Of a DNA stretch of 64,000 nucleotides, positions 32,907 to 42,235 are shown piece after piece (within the stretch, counting starts at the first letter, position 1; every line of letters starts with the position of its first letter). Under the pieces are notes generated by a model. That model worked only from the letters and a program-made list of their open reading frames with translations, did not search any database and was not told the DNA's origin. Origin of the DNA: a virus. Made by a program: the position numbers and the translations under genes. Where the stretch lies: the IMG/VR virus record IMGVR_UViG_3300023294_000015, positions 3,343-67,342 of that record. The stretch is one strand, 5' to 3'.

Positions 32907-33072
32907 GTTCCATTTTATATGTTATGTCGAAATTACTCCTAGTTTCTTGAGTAGCACTATACCATCTTTCTCTAAGATACATTAAATCAACTATTTCTGC
33001 TTTCTCAATGTCTTTATAACCATCAGAAAGGCTATCCTTCAATATTTGCTCCTTGTGTTGTTTCTTTGACAT
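32899..33072 (-). CDS. Hypothetical 57-aa protein (not in ORF track)
   Basis: MSKKQHKEQILKDSLSDGYKD...MEHG fills the gap and overlaps both neighbours. Confidence 0.4.
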   Translation of the reverse strand: MSKKQHKEQILKDSLSDGYKDIEKAEIVDLMYLRERWYSATQETRSNFDITYKMEHG

Positions 33073-33571
33073 CTGTTCTTCTATTAATTATAAAACTAAA
33101 ATCTGGTTCTTTAAAGTTAATTGATTTCATAACTTTACCGTCTGACATCCTTTTAACTACATATAATTCACCCACTAATTCAAATGTGGTAGCCATATGT
33201 ACTCCCATTTTATTAGGATGTTTACCTAATTCATAAGCAATAACTGTATCAAGAGCTTCTTGTCTAGTTTTACAAAACTTACTCATATTGCTAATATAAC
33301 CAGCTCTAGTGATATCATTTACATTTAAACCATGCATTAACGCAAGTTGTGTAATTGTATGTAATGAATCATATATACCATCACATATTTCTGTAAGGTC
33401 ATTAGCAGCTATTGCACTATACAACTCATTAGTTTCTTCTTTAGTTATATCAGTATATAACTTTCTAAGACTTATATCCATCAATTGTGGTTGATTTGGT
33501 TTTTCTTGACCGATAGTTTTTAACCACATTGCTACACATGAATGCATAGGTACTATTTTTGTTTCTTTCAT
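33032..33571 (-). CDS. MazG-like/all-alpha NTP pyrophosphohydrolase
   Basis: EETNEL...EICDGIYD acidic motif, SNMSK, DGKVMKS..F..PD. Confidence 0.8.
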   Translation of the reverse strand: MKETKIVPMHSCVAMWLKTIGQEKPNQPQLMDISLRKLYTDITKEETNELYSAIAANDLTEICDGIYDSLHTITQLALMHGLNVNDITRAGYISNMSKFCKTRQEALDTVIAYELGKHPNKMGVHMATTFELVGELYVVKRMSDGKVMKSINFKEPDFSFIINRRTDVKETTQGANIEG

Positions 33572-33574
33572 AAT

Positions 33575-33979
33575 TTAATCTTTAATTAATATCTTATTTT
33601 TTTTACGGTATTCTACTTCTTGTCTGTAGTATTTAAGGTATTTATTATCAGGTCTTAATAGTTTTTCATAACTAATACATTTTTCAACCCAATTATTACT
33701 CATTTCATTAAGAGGTACATACTTCAATTCTTCAGTACCATTTTTACCTCTACCACCTCTATACAGCACTTCTCTAATTTCTTCATAAGAAGCATCTGAG
33801 TATATTGATAAATCTTTTGAAGGATATTCATTATCAATAGAATATCTTTGATATGAGTTACCCCCATCAACCATTGCTTTACCACAAGAACAAGTAACAT
33901 AATCATGTACATGATGAGAAATTATTATTTCATTACAGTTAGTACACTGTCTTTGGTTTATTATTAAATGTTTTTCCAT
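33575..33979 (-). CDS. Conserved phage protein with zinc-ribbon N-terminus
   Basis: CTNC...HDYVTCSCG..MVDGG..Y.R motif followed by an RGKNG domain. Confidence 0.7.
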   Translation of the reverse strand: MEKHLIINQRQCTNCNEIIISHHVHDYVTCSCGKAMVDGGNSYQRYSIDNEYPSKDLSIYSDASYEEIREVLYRGGRGKNGTEELKYVPLNEMSNNWVEKCISYEKLLRPDNKYLKYYRQEVEYRKKNKILIKD

Positions 33980-33984
33980 TTTTA

Positions 33985-34797
33985 TTATTTAAATTTTTCT
34001 TTTTTTCTTGCTAAGAACATTTCACAATCAGAATATATATAATTATAAAACAGTTCTATGTACTTTTTTTTGTAAAATACAATATTAAACAATCCCTTTT
34101 CGTTTTGATAAACTTTCGGGTCAATATTTAATTCTTGTTTCAACAATAGAATTAACCAATTTTTAAATAATAATGAATTAGTAAAAAATAATACTTTTTT
34201 ACCTGAATTGTTTTTACCTATAGACCCATCTCCTTCAAATACTCCTCTAATAAAATGTCTAATAAATTTATTAGGAATTTTAATTTCACCAATTGTATTA
34301 CTCTTATTATTAGTAACTCCTAAATTTAATAAGTCGTAACACATTTTTTTATTATCTATTGAAAATCTATATAATGGTTTACAATAATAATTTGTACCTT
34401 TTTTATATCTTGCTTTTCTATAATTTAAAGGTTTAAACCCGTTAAATATTTTAATATTAAAGTAATCTAAGATGTGTCTATCATTTTCAACTATCGTTAA
34501 AGAAATTGTGTGTTTTCTAGAACCTAAATAAACATTACCATCAGAGGCTATCCAACCTAAAAAATAGGCTTTCCATTCACAGTCTACATTGACAAATAAA
34601 TTACTATCTATTTTATATTTTATAGCAGCTTCTGATGGAGATCTTAACAAGCCTAACTTACTCAAAAACTTTTGAACACTGATAGTTTTTAAATTGTATT
34701 TCTCGGCAATCTTCCTTGATGATATACCATTATTATAATTCTCTATTATTTCTTTTTTAAAATTAGTTGGTATTCTTCTTACATTAAAATTCTCCAT
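33985..34797 (-). CDS. LAGLIDADG homing endonuclease with N-terminal HTH
   Basis: Two motifs, YFLGWIASDG and FIRGVFEGDG; C-terminal L.RK. Confidence 0.9.
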   Translation of the reverse strand: MENFNVRRIPTNFKKEIIENYNNGISSRKIAEKYNLKTISVQKFLSKLGLLRSPSEAAIKYKIDSNLFVNVDCEWKAYFLGWIASDGNVYLGSRKHTISLTIVENDRHILDYFNIKIFNGFKPLNYRKARYKKGTNYYCKPLYRFSIDNKKMCYDLLNLGVTNNKSNTIGEIKIPNKFIRHFIRGVFEGDGSIGKNNSGKKVLFFTNSLLFKNWLILLLKQELNIDPKVYQNEKGLFNIVFYKKKYIELFYNYIYSDCEMFLARKKEKFK

Positions 34798-34798
34798 T

Positions 34799-34927
34799 TC
34801 AAACTTCTTTTATAATAATCATTCTTACAAAAGAAGATACTGATAACCCTAACTGGTCAGCTTTTTTTTTGATTTTTTGTTTTAATTCTGAATTAACTCT
34901 AATTAGAATGTCTTTTTCTTTTATCAT
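34799..34927 (-). CDS. Ribbon-helix-helix (CopG/Arc-like) DNA-binding protein, 42 aa (not in ORF track)
   Basis: MIKEKDILIRVNSELKQKIKKKADQLGLSVSSFVRMIIIKEV; its stop lies 1 nt before the LAGLIDADG start. Confidence 0.7.
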   Translation of the reverse strand: MIKEKDILIRVNSELKQKIKKKADQLGLSVSSFVRMIIIKEV

Positions 34928-34946
34928 ATCTCTATATTTTATACTA

Positions 34947-34978
34947 CAAAGATACTACATTTTTACATCACTTCCTAA
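34947..34978 (-). promoter_or_regulatory. Bacteroidota-type promoter for the RHH-LAGLIDADG cassette
   Basis: Minus strand reads TTAG-N20-TATCTTTG, ending 19 nt before the RHH ATG. Confidence 0.65.
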
Positions 34979-35015
34979 TTTTTAATGTTAAGAAATTGTT
35001 AACATTTTATCTTTT

Positions 35016-35150
35016 TCATGGTAATACACCTCCGTCAACCATATATTCATACCCGTTTTTATCAACATAACTTTTAAAATCATGTCTATCATGAGATGTA
35101 AGTATAGTACCATCTGGCGTTTGTATTCTATTGCATAATATTTCTTTCAT
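35016..35150 (-). pseudogene. Truncated 5' homologue of gene 33575-33979
   Basis: MKEILCNRIQTPDGTILTSHDRHDFKSYVDKNGYEYMVDGGVLP* aligns with NQRQCTNCNEIIISHHVHDY...AMVDGG and stops 3 codons after MVDGG. Confidence 0.7.
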
Positions 35151-35160
35151 AATTTATTGT

Positions 35161-35436
35161 TTAATCTACTTCTATTAATTCACCTTCTTTAAAAGGTACT
35201 TCACAATAATAATGTTCTAATCTGTTTACAAAATGATAATCGTTAATTATTGTACAATCTCCATCACCATCTATAAGTGTCCATATTTTACGGTCTTTAG
35301 TAGCTTGATTAAAATCTTCAATAGTCATATTATCACCTCTAGGGTCTACATCCATTAAACCACCACCATCATATTCTTTTGGTTTATATTTTTCTATCCA
35401 ATCAAAATCATCTATTATTGTATATTCTTTACTCAT
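35161..35436 (-). CDS. Hypothetical protein
   Basis: 91 aa; IWTLIDGD...HFVNRL.YY motif; coupled to the UDG gene. Confidence 0.65.
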   Translation of the reverse strand: MSKEYTIIDDFDWIEKYKPKEYDGGGLMDVDPRGDNMTIEDFNQATKDRKIWTLIDGDGDCTIINDYHFVNRLEHYYCEVPFKEGELIEVD

Positions 35437-36047
35437 TCTTTATTTTTAATATTCCAATTAATTTCTTCTTTTTCAAGCATCCATAAATGTGCGTTAGCAA
35501 ATGTAAATACTCCATTTGGAGGATTACTATCTTTAGACATATCTATATACATATACCCAAATTTCTTTAGTTTACTCAACACAACATCCATAAAAGGTTT
35601 CCACAATTTAACATGTTTATCTACATCTTTACTATCAGCAGTCAATCCTAAGTTTAATAATAAAACTCCTTGTTCTGCTAATCCTTCTAATGTATAATCA
35701 AAGTCTACATTTAATACACCTAAATCAGATTCTATACTTTTATGTATATTTTTAATACTTCTTGTTAATCTATCAGTCACATTCAGATCGACACCGAAAG
35801 CTAAGCCTGTAGCTGAACTTTCTGATTTGTAAGGGTGTAACCCAATCAAAACCACCTTTACTTCATCAAATGGTGTCTTTCTGAACGCTTTGAAGATGTC
35901 TGCTTGCGCTGGACATACTTCTACCTCTTTACGTCTTTGTAATAGCTTTTGACCGATAGTATTAAACTCTTCAGAATGTAGAAAATCTTTTAATTGATTA
36001 TACCAACTTATTCCAAATAGTTCAATAAATCTTTCTTGTTGTGTCAT
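35433..36047 (-). CDS. ung: Uracil-DNA glycosylase family 1-like protein (degenerate active site)
   Basis: IFKAF..TPFDEVKVVLIGLHPY, ATGLAF, L..QGVLLLN..LT and H..LW.PF motifs. GQDPY is replaced by GLHPY and there is no HPSP motif. Confidence 0.75.
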   Translation of the reverse strand: MTQQERFIELFGISWYNQLKDFLHSEEFNTIGQKLLQRRKEVEVCPAQADIFKAFRKTPFDEVKVVLIGLHPYKSESSATGLAFGVDLNVTDRLTRSIKNIHKSIESDLGVLNVDFDYTLEGLAEQGVLLLNLGLTADSKDVDKHVKLWKPFMDVVLSKLKKFGYMYIDMSKDSNPPNGVFTFANAHLWMLEKEEINWNIKNKE

Positions 36048-36406
36048 TATTGTTGTTTATTATACCAGTTAATAAACTCTACAACTGCTAAATAACAATC
36101 TTTTTGATTATTTAATCCATCTGAAACCATTACTATATCGCAATCATCATTAGTAAAATAAAATAAAGATTCTCTATTATCTATATAACTCCATATTTTC
36201 TCAACTACTGGCATTAACCAATCCCAAGATAAATGAAATTGGTAATCATTTTCGTCTGCTGGATAACAATGACATGAATCATTTAACATTGGTATATCAT
36301 TTATATGATAATATTTATCTCCGCTACTGCCCGTTTTATAAAGTATCTCTTTATACTCTATCTGAACATATTCAGCAATAAGCTTATTATTTTCTTCTAT
36401 ATTCAT
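36047..36406 (-). CDS. Hypothetical protein (WDWLMPVVEKI family)
   Basis: ENNKLIA...SWDWLMPVVEKI...VVEFINWYN; paralogue of 38401-38763. Confidence 0.65.
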   Translation of the reverse strand: MNIEENNKLIAEYVQIEYKEILYKTGSSGDKYYHINDIPMLNDSCHCYPADENDYQFHLSWDWLMPVVEKIWSYIDNRESLFYFTNDDCDIVMVSDGLNNQKDCYLAVVEFINWYNKQQ

Positions 36407-37164
36407 CTTATATCTTCTGTTATATAACTCATTCTGAAAGTTTCTCTTTCATCATCAATAGTACTTCTAAGCTCTGCATCTCTATGTATTGTTTCTCCTA
36501 TCTTCTTTTCAAGATAAGCTTTATACACTAGACTTTTAGATAATTGTAATCTTAATTGATGGTCTGGTTGACCTAAGTAACCATGAAATTTATATATTGA
36601 ATGTTTAGCTTCTTCAGATAACTTAGAAAATTTACTTAATGTAAGCATTGTGTAATCTCTTACAAAATCATCATCTAACTTCATAGTAAATAATGTAAAA
36701 GTATTAGTTAATTGTTCTTCTTTTACACATCTAGTAGAGGTTCTAAATTTATCAATTAATCTGGTATATCTAATATCAATCTTTAATGGTTTTTTTATTA
36801 ACATCCATATAATACCTTCTTGATTACCATGTTCTTCATGATATAAAAAAGCATTCATAAAGAAATCCGAATAACACATTTCTAATTCATTACTACCAAA
36901 CAAAGGCACTAACATCATTGATGTATCAGTACGTTCCATACAAGTAGATTTATAGTTATTTGGTCCCACACGTTTAATCATATTAATACGATGCCATCCT
37001 AAATCTTCTGTGTATAAATCATCACCTTTCCATAATAATCTTTTATCATTATGTAAAATACCTTTTAACAGTCCTTCTTTTTCAGTACAATTAACTTCTG
37101 TAATACCTTTATAATTAAGCAAATTAATATCAATTGTACGTCCTGTTTTTCCTACGATTTTCAT
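36403..37164 (-). CDS. Hypothetical protein
   Basis: 253-aa ORF coupled to both neighbours by 4-nt overlaps. Confidence 0.65.
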   Translation of the reverse strand: MKIVGKTGRTIDINLLNYKGITEVNCTEKEGLLKGILHNDKRLLWKGDDLYTEDLGWHRINMIKRVGPNNYKSTCMERTDTSMMLVPLFGSNELEMCYSDFFMNAFLYHEEHGNQEGIIWMLIKKPLKIDIRYTRLIDKFRTSTRCVKEEQLTNTFTLFTMKLDDDFVRDYTMLTLSKFSKLSEEAKHSIYKFHGYLGQPDHQLRLQLSKSLVYKAYLEKKIGETIHRDAELRSTIDDERETFRMSYITEDIR

Positions 37165-38225
37165 TCTAATTGATTTACTTCATTGTAAGCTTTACTAAAT
37201 ATATCAGAAATAATAAAACCCTTAGTTGCATAAACAAGTCTACTGTATTCCCATTTGTCAGTTTCTTGATGCCACTTGAGTTGTTCTATTAAATTTAATA
37301 TGCCAGAATGATACTTGCCAAATTTATCAGTACCACCATAAATAGCAGCATTCAAATCAGTATCACTAGCTATCATTTCAATAGGAGCAAAAGTAACACT
37401 CTTCTCCGCAAATATAAAGCTAAAATTAGAAACTGTATAATCAGGGTAATTATTATCCCTCCAATTAGACACACCAAGATGATACATACCAGCTTGATAA
37501 ATATAATCATATTTAATAATCGTTGGTTGTACGTCATGATTTTTTACTGATGTTGTTTTAAGGTCGATAGGTTTAATTGTTTTGGTTTCATGATTAATAT
37601 ATACAATATCTAACATTACTTTACAATCATCCCAGAGTACTACTAATTGATAAATTACTTCTTCATGCTCACTAATTTTATAACGCATTTGGTCTTTAAC
37701 CAAATCATTTACAAAATACTTACCGAAATTAGGATCACTACGTAATATACGTTGCATCAATACTAACTTATCATGTTCTTCTCTTTCTAATACAATTTTA
37801 CCAATAGATTTACCATATTCATCTAAGTATCTTTCACCTACTGAATCTGTAAATTCTTCAATAAATGTATCTTTTTTAGGATTTTTAATGCCAGCTTCAT
37901 CATAAGCAAAGCTATACAAATCAGAATAACTAATTTGATCTATTACAATACCTTGTATATTATCAATACATACATTTATAAATTTACCTAAATTAGTAGC
38001 ACCATTAGTATGTGGGTTAGTTAATTGCATTATATGAAATCTTTCATCTACAATCTCTTGAGAATCAAACATCATACAATCAAATGCATCACCTAATCGT
38101 AATGCATCACTTTCTTCATTCATACCAAATTCAATCATTTTTTTTGCTAACAACGGATGCTTACGTAGCTCCATAAGGAGACTACGCGATATAGCACTTG
38201 TTGCAAAATATTCTTTTCTATTCAT
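37161..38225 (-). CDS. PD-(D/E)xK exonuclease (RecE/ExoVIII-like)
   Basis: YF...AISRS.L, G.AFD, KVMLDIV...IDLKTT and Y..QAGMY motifs. Confidence 0.8.
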   Translation of the reverse strand: MNRKEYFATSAISRSLLMELRKHPLLAKKMIEFGMNEESDALRLGDAFDCMMFDSQEIVDERFHIMQLTNPHTNGATNLGKFINVCIDNIQGIVIDQISYSDLYSFAYDEAGIKNPKKDTFIEEFTDSVGERYLDEYGKSIGKIVLEREEHDKLVLMQRILRSDPNFGKYFVNDLVKDQMRYKISEHEEVIYQLVVLWDDCKVMLDIVYINHETKTIKPIDLKTTSVKNHDVQPTIIKYDYIYQAGMYHLGVSNWRDNNYPDYTVSNFSFIFAEKSVTFAPIEMIASDTDLNAAIYGGTDKFGKYHSGILNLIEQLKWHQETDKWEYSRLVYATKGFIISDIFSKAYNEVNQLE

Positions 38226-38400
38226 TTTTTATTTCTTTTAATTCAAGTTGGTATTTCTTACCATCTTTAGTTTCAATAATACCATCATTACTAATAGTTT
38301 TTACAGTTTTATAAACATCTCTAAAAGGAATATTTAAACTTTTAGTAATTGCCCTACCATAATGGGAGCTTGCTGTTGAGTTAAATCTCCAAGAGTTCAT
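38218..38400 (-). CDS. Hypothetical protein
   Basis: 60-aa ORF tiled between neighbours. Confidence 0.55.
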   Translation of the reverse strand: MNSWRFNSTASSHYGRAITKSLNIPFRDVYKTVKTISNDGIIETKDGKKYQLELKEIKNE

Positions 38401-38763
38401 TTATTTATTATTTTCATTATGCCACTGTATAAAATTTATTATTGCTTTGTATACAGGAGTAAAATCTTTTTCAAATTGATAATTAAAATTATAATCGTAT
38501 CCTTGACCAAAATTATGTATACAACAATTTTTATTAGATATTAACTGTACAGCAACGTCTAATCTTTTTATTTTATCAACAACCTCCATTAACCAATTCC
38601 AATCAGTGTCAAATTTTAAATTATATTTAAAATTTAACTGGTTATTTAATGCCCAAAAATCTTCAGAAACCCATACAGTAACATTATTTAATTGTGGGTG
38701 CTTAGATAATGTAGCACCCATAAATTTAGCAATTAACATATTGTTTTCATAATTACTCATCAC
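38401..38763 (-). CDS. Hypothetical protein (WxWLM family paralogue)
   Basis: ENNMLIAKFMG...FDTDWNWLMEVVDKI...FIQWHN. Confidence 0.65.
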   Translation of the reverse strand: MMSNYENNMLIAKFMGATLSKHPQLNNVTVWVSEDFWALNNQLNFKYNLKFDTDWNWLMEVVDKIKRLDVAVQLISNKNCCIHNFGQGYDYNFNYQFEKDFTPVYKAIINFIQWHNENNK

Positions 38764-39239
38764 ACTAATTTTAAATTATTAATCTCTAACTGTTTTTTAA
38801 CATACAATTGTTCTTCAATCATATCACCTATTACTGTAGGCATTATATTTTGTAGATAATTCTGTTCTTGAAAACCTAAAGATACATTTTTTAACTGGTA
38901 AGTTATTTTTTTAGTATCTTTAGTTTTAATATCTATTGTGTAATCTCCATTAATAACAGCTTCATCATGTAATTTTTTATAATGCTCTACAACATCAATA
39001 TAAATCATTGTGTAAGTTACTAAAGGAGAAATGTATGTCCCCTTTAAATATCTAATTTTTTTGCATATTACACCTGATTGTGCTCTAACACCATTTCTAT
39101 AATTTTTCATAATATTAGTACCAGATAAAGCCATATACAAAGGAACCATAGTTTGATGTTCTATAATAGGTAATTTAATAAAACAATCATGTTCTTTTAA
39201 GTATTCTTTTTCAGAATTACTTACTACTTTAAATCTCAT
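38760..39239 (-). CDS. Hypothetical protein coupled to the E1/ThiF gene
   Basis: 159-aa ORF with a 4-nt overlap with the E1 stop. Confidence 0.6.
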   Translation of the reverse strand: MRFKVVSNSEKEYLKEHDCFIKLPIIEHQTMVPLYMALSGTNIMKNYRNGVRAQSGVICKKIRYLKGTYISPLVTYTMIYIDVVEHYKKLHDEAVINGDYTIDIKTKDTKKITYQLKNVSLGFQEQNYLQNIMPTVIGDMIEEQLYVKKQLEINNLKLV

Positions 39240-39916
39240 TCTTCTATAGTTATAAGATTAATTTCCATATCTTCTCTGAATTTAAAAGGTATAGTTCTCA
39301 TGGGTAATCCCATTTTAATATTAGCTAAATGATTAGTAAACATTACTGTCATTCTAGCACCTATTAAAGCACCTGTGTGAGATGTATTTTTTAAAGAACA
39401 TATCTGTGGTGGAATTTCAGAATCATCAAAGAGAGTTTCTCTATAGCGGTCTTCATTACCTTTAGTTACAGTATATACTTCATAATTCTCAATAGTCATA
39501 CGACCATCAATAAATAACTCCCTATCTTCACGTTTGAACCATTGTTCAAACATAGCTTTACGTGCTATCATATTATCAAAGCATGAAAAGCATACAGTAC
39601 TTACATACGTACCTTCTACAAGCTTTTGATTTACTGGGAATAGCTTATCATCATCAGCTTCTGTATAAGCCTTTATAAGGTCTATAACAGCTTCTGTTTT
39701 ATTTTTACCTATTGCACTTTTAGGAAATAATTGACCTGAAAGATTTATTATTTCTACTATATCATCATCATACATAATTAATGTATGGTCACCTGCTCTG
39801 GCAATATCTAATGAAAGATGAGTACCGATAGTCCCTAGACCACCGATACTTACCTCTCTTAGTTCACCAAACCAATCAACACTTGAATAACGTGCTCTTG
39901 ATTCTTTAATTTTCAT
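39236..39916 (-). CDS. E1-like / ThiF-family adenylating enzyme
   Basis: GLGTIG, YDDDIVE..NL..Q, GKNK, CFDN..AR and FIDGRM motifs. Candidate catalytic Cys in PPQICS (39398-39400). No zinc CxxC pairs. Confidence 0.88.
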   Translation of the reverse strand: MKIKESRARYSSVDWFGELREVSIGGLGTIGTHLSLDIARAGDHTLIMYDDDIVEIINLSGQLFPKSAIGKNKTEAVIDLIKAYTEADDDKLFPVNQKLVEGTYVSTVCFSCFDNMIARKAMFEQWFKREDRELFIDGRMTIENYEVYTVTKGNEDRYRETLFDDSEIPPQICSLKNTSHTGALIGARMTVMFTNHLANIKMGLPMRTIPFKFREDMEINLITIEE

Positions 39917-39918
39917 AA

Positions 39919-41067
39919 TTATTCCATTATTATTTCACCATTAATTTCATAAGCTACTAAATCTTCTGCACAGTTTTCAAATACTTCTACTAAATGCTCT
40001 ACTTCAGATTTCCATTTTGGAACACCTAAGTAAGTTTTAAGAATACTTTTACATTTGTTAATACCTTCAGACATACAATCTTCACCAAACTCATCATATG
40101 AATTAGTGATAAGATATTGTCCAATGTCATCTAAACGAGTATCAAAATCATCAGGACTTAATTTAGTAAGTTCCATTAGTATTTGACCAATTTCTTTAGT
40201 TGGTTTATCACTACATGACAAAGCCATTTTAAGAAATGTGGCGTACTCTCTATTAAGTTTTTTATCGTTATTAGCAAGCTTTAAAGCTATTTGTTTACCG
40301 TAACCATATCCATATTCATTCCAATCTCTGTATGCTGTAATACCTGCTCTACCATAAGATAATTGTTTAGCTGCTGCTTTAGCCTCATTAGCTACAACTT
40401 CTGCTTTAAGTTCATCAATACGAGTTTGCATTACATCATCATTCCATATAATGTTTTCTTCAATTTTAACATCAAGGTCAAACATAATCATAACTTTTTC
40501 TGCTGGAAATTCCATAGTATGCTCCGTACCAGTTTCATTGTAAACTGCTTTATTAGCGGGAATGTCTACAAGTTTAACTACTTTACATGAATTTACTTTT
40601 GCAAAGTTTACAATTAAAGATAAATAATATGAATCTCCATCATACTTATCTACATTATTATGTAATTCTTGTAAATCAGTTCCAGAAAAGAAAGTTTTCA
40701 TATCATGATGAGTATGGCAAAATCCTGTTCTACTCATAAAGTAAGAAGGTATTCTCTGGTCCATTTTACTTAATTCAGAAGCATGATTATCACTTTCTGT
40801 ATAAGTTTCTGAACCAATACCCATAGGGTAAATATCAGCAATTTTAACTATAAAATTAGCTGGATCATTAATACTACCAGATACTTTATCATAAGTAATA
40901 AAAGCACACCATTCTGTACTTCCGATTTGCTCATGAAGCATGTTAATACGCTTTTGTACATAATCAGTAATTATTACTGTACCCCTACCTTTAAGTTCAA
41001 TTACTGGGTATTTAATTACTGGTGTTGGTTTTGTTGTTACTGGACTTTTTGTTATTGTTTTATTCAT
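39919..41067 (-). CDS. JAB/MPN+ metallo-isopeptidase with helical C-terminal extension
   Basis: EW (catalytic Glu) ... HTHHDMKTFFSGTD (HxH...SxxD), then YLSLIVN. Confidence 0.85.
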   Translation of the reverse strand: MNKTITKSPVTTKPTPVIKYPVIELKGRGTVIITDYVQKRINMLHEQIGSTEWCAFITYDKVSGSINDPANFIVKIADIYPMGIGSETYTESDNHASELSKMDQRIPSYFMSRTGFCHTHHDMKTFFSGTDLQELHNNVDKYDGDSYYLSLIVNFAKVNSCKVVKLVDIPANKAVYNETGTEHTMEFPAEKVMIMFDLDVKIEENIIWNDDVMQTRIDELKAEVVANEAKAAAKQLSYGRAGITAYRDWNEYGYGYGKQIALKLANNDKKLNREYATFLKMALSCSDKPTKEIGQILMELTKLSPDDFDTRLDDIGQYLITNSYDEFGEDCMSEGINKCKSILKTYLGVPKWKSEVEHLVEVFENCAEDLVAYEINGEIIME

Positions 41068-41074
41068 AATTTGT

Positions 41075-42163
41075 TTAATTTACAATTTCGTATTCTTCTT
41101 CAAATTTATATACAGATAGTAAATCATTTATATGGTTTGTTAATGTATATACTATGTTATTATCTACATGTTTAAATATAGTAGAAATATATTGTTCATA
41201 CTTATTAACATCTGTAGGTTTACAATTTACAACTACATATTTATCATTAAAATAAACTTCTGATATTTTTGATGATGATTGTAGTTTTGAATAATATTCT
41301 AATTTACTGGGGTCGTATTTTTTACTGTCTCTATTAAAATCATTTTTTTGTACTATTACTTTATTACATACATTAACTAAAGAATCATGTTCGATTTTTA
41401 TATTATTATTTGTATCTAACCAAGTTTTAATACCCGACTGTCTTAAAATGTTAAGAATTATAGGCTCATAACCTATTATATTACTGGTTGAGTTTATACC
41501 TAATGAGTTACCATAAATATTAAACATATAACAATAAGGTATTCCTTCAATACTTTCCCACCTAATAAAACTATCAATTATTAAAAATAAATCAGTAAAA
41601 TCAATGTTTTTTAAAAATTTGTAAGTATCTGTAATATGAGCTAGTTCAGAAGAACCTAAACACATATCTTGAAATTTACAATGGGTATTTGCTATATAAA
41701 TCATATCTTCTATAACACTACTTTCATTTGGTATACAATGACTAAACAAATAACCTTCTTTTAATTCAAAAGCAGTGTAATTATCTCTAAACATTTTAAA
41801 ATGTTTAAGATAATATTTATTATCAATTTTATGATAATTTAAAGTAAATTTAGTATATACACCTTTAATAAAATGTTTTTCATCTTTACTATTAAAAACC
41901 TCCACATCTCCATAATAAGTAAGTACGTGATACTGACCAGTTAATGTAAATTGAATATCAATATTATCTACATTTTCATACGCAAAATGATACTCATTAA
42001 ATACTTTGTTAAGTACTTTGTATAACTCTTTATATTTACCAGTTTGACTGTATACTTTTTTAGTAGGTATTACATCAGATTTAGCATCTTTAGTAAAATA
42101 ACCTGTATTACTTTTAAATGAGAAGTATAACTCATTTTCTTCAATGTTAAGTTTAAATATCAT
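41075..42163 (-). CDS. Putative prokaryotic E2-like (UBC-fold) protein
   Basis: YLFSH...MCLG (Cys at 41660-41662) followed by helices and WES.EG.PY; lies between the Ubl and JAB genes. Start moved from 42232 to the ATG at 42163 because the upstream part overlaps a terminator hairpin. Confidence 0.6.
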   Translation of the reverse strand: MIFKLNIEENELYFSFKSNTGYFTKDAKSDVIPTKKVYSQTGKYKELYKVLNKVFNEYHFAYENVDNIDIQFTLTGQYHVLTYYGDVEVFNSKDEKHFIKGVYTKFTLNYHKIDNKYYLKHFKMFRDNYTAFELKEGYLFSHCIPNESSVIEDMIYIANTHCKFQDMCLGSSELAHITDTYKFLKNIDFTDLFLIIDSFIRWESIEGIPYCYMFNIYGNSLGINSTSNIIGYEPIILNILRQSGIKTWLDTNNNIKIEHDSLVNVCNKVIVQKNDFNRDSKKYDPSKLEYYSKLQSSSKISEVYFNDKYVVVNCKPTDVNKYEQYISTIFKHVDNNIVYTLTNHINDLLSVYKFEEEYEIVN

Positions 42164-42180
42164 ATGATGTTTAGTTATGA

Positions 42181-42221
42181 AGAAATATAAAGAGAAGTGT
42201 AACTTTATGTCACACCTCTCT
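42181..42221 (-). terminator. Intrinsic terminator/attenuator after the Ubl gene
   Basis: Minus strand AGAGAGGTGTGAC-ATAAA-GTTACACTTCTCT followed by TTATATTTCT. Confidence 0.65.
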
Positions 42222-42235
42222 CTATTCCTCAATTA

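Noticed and set aside
42164-42232. N-terminal 23 codons of the 385-aa ORF as given in the track
   Set aside because: They use a non-ATG start and overlap a terminator hairpin; the ATG at 42163 is more plausible.
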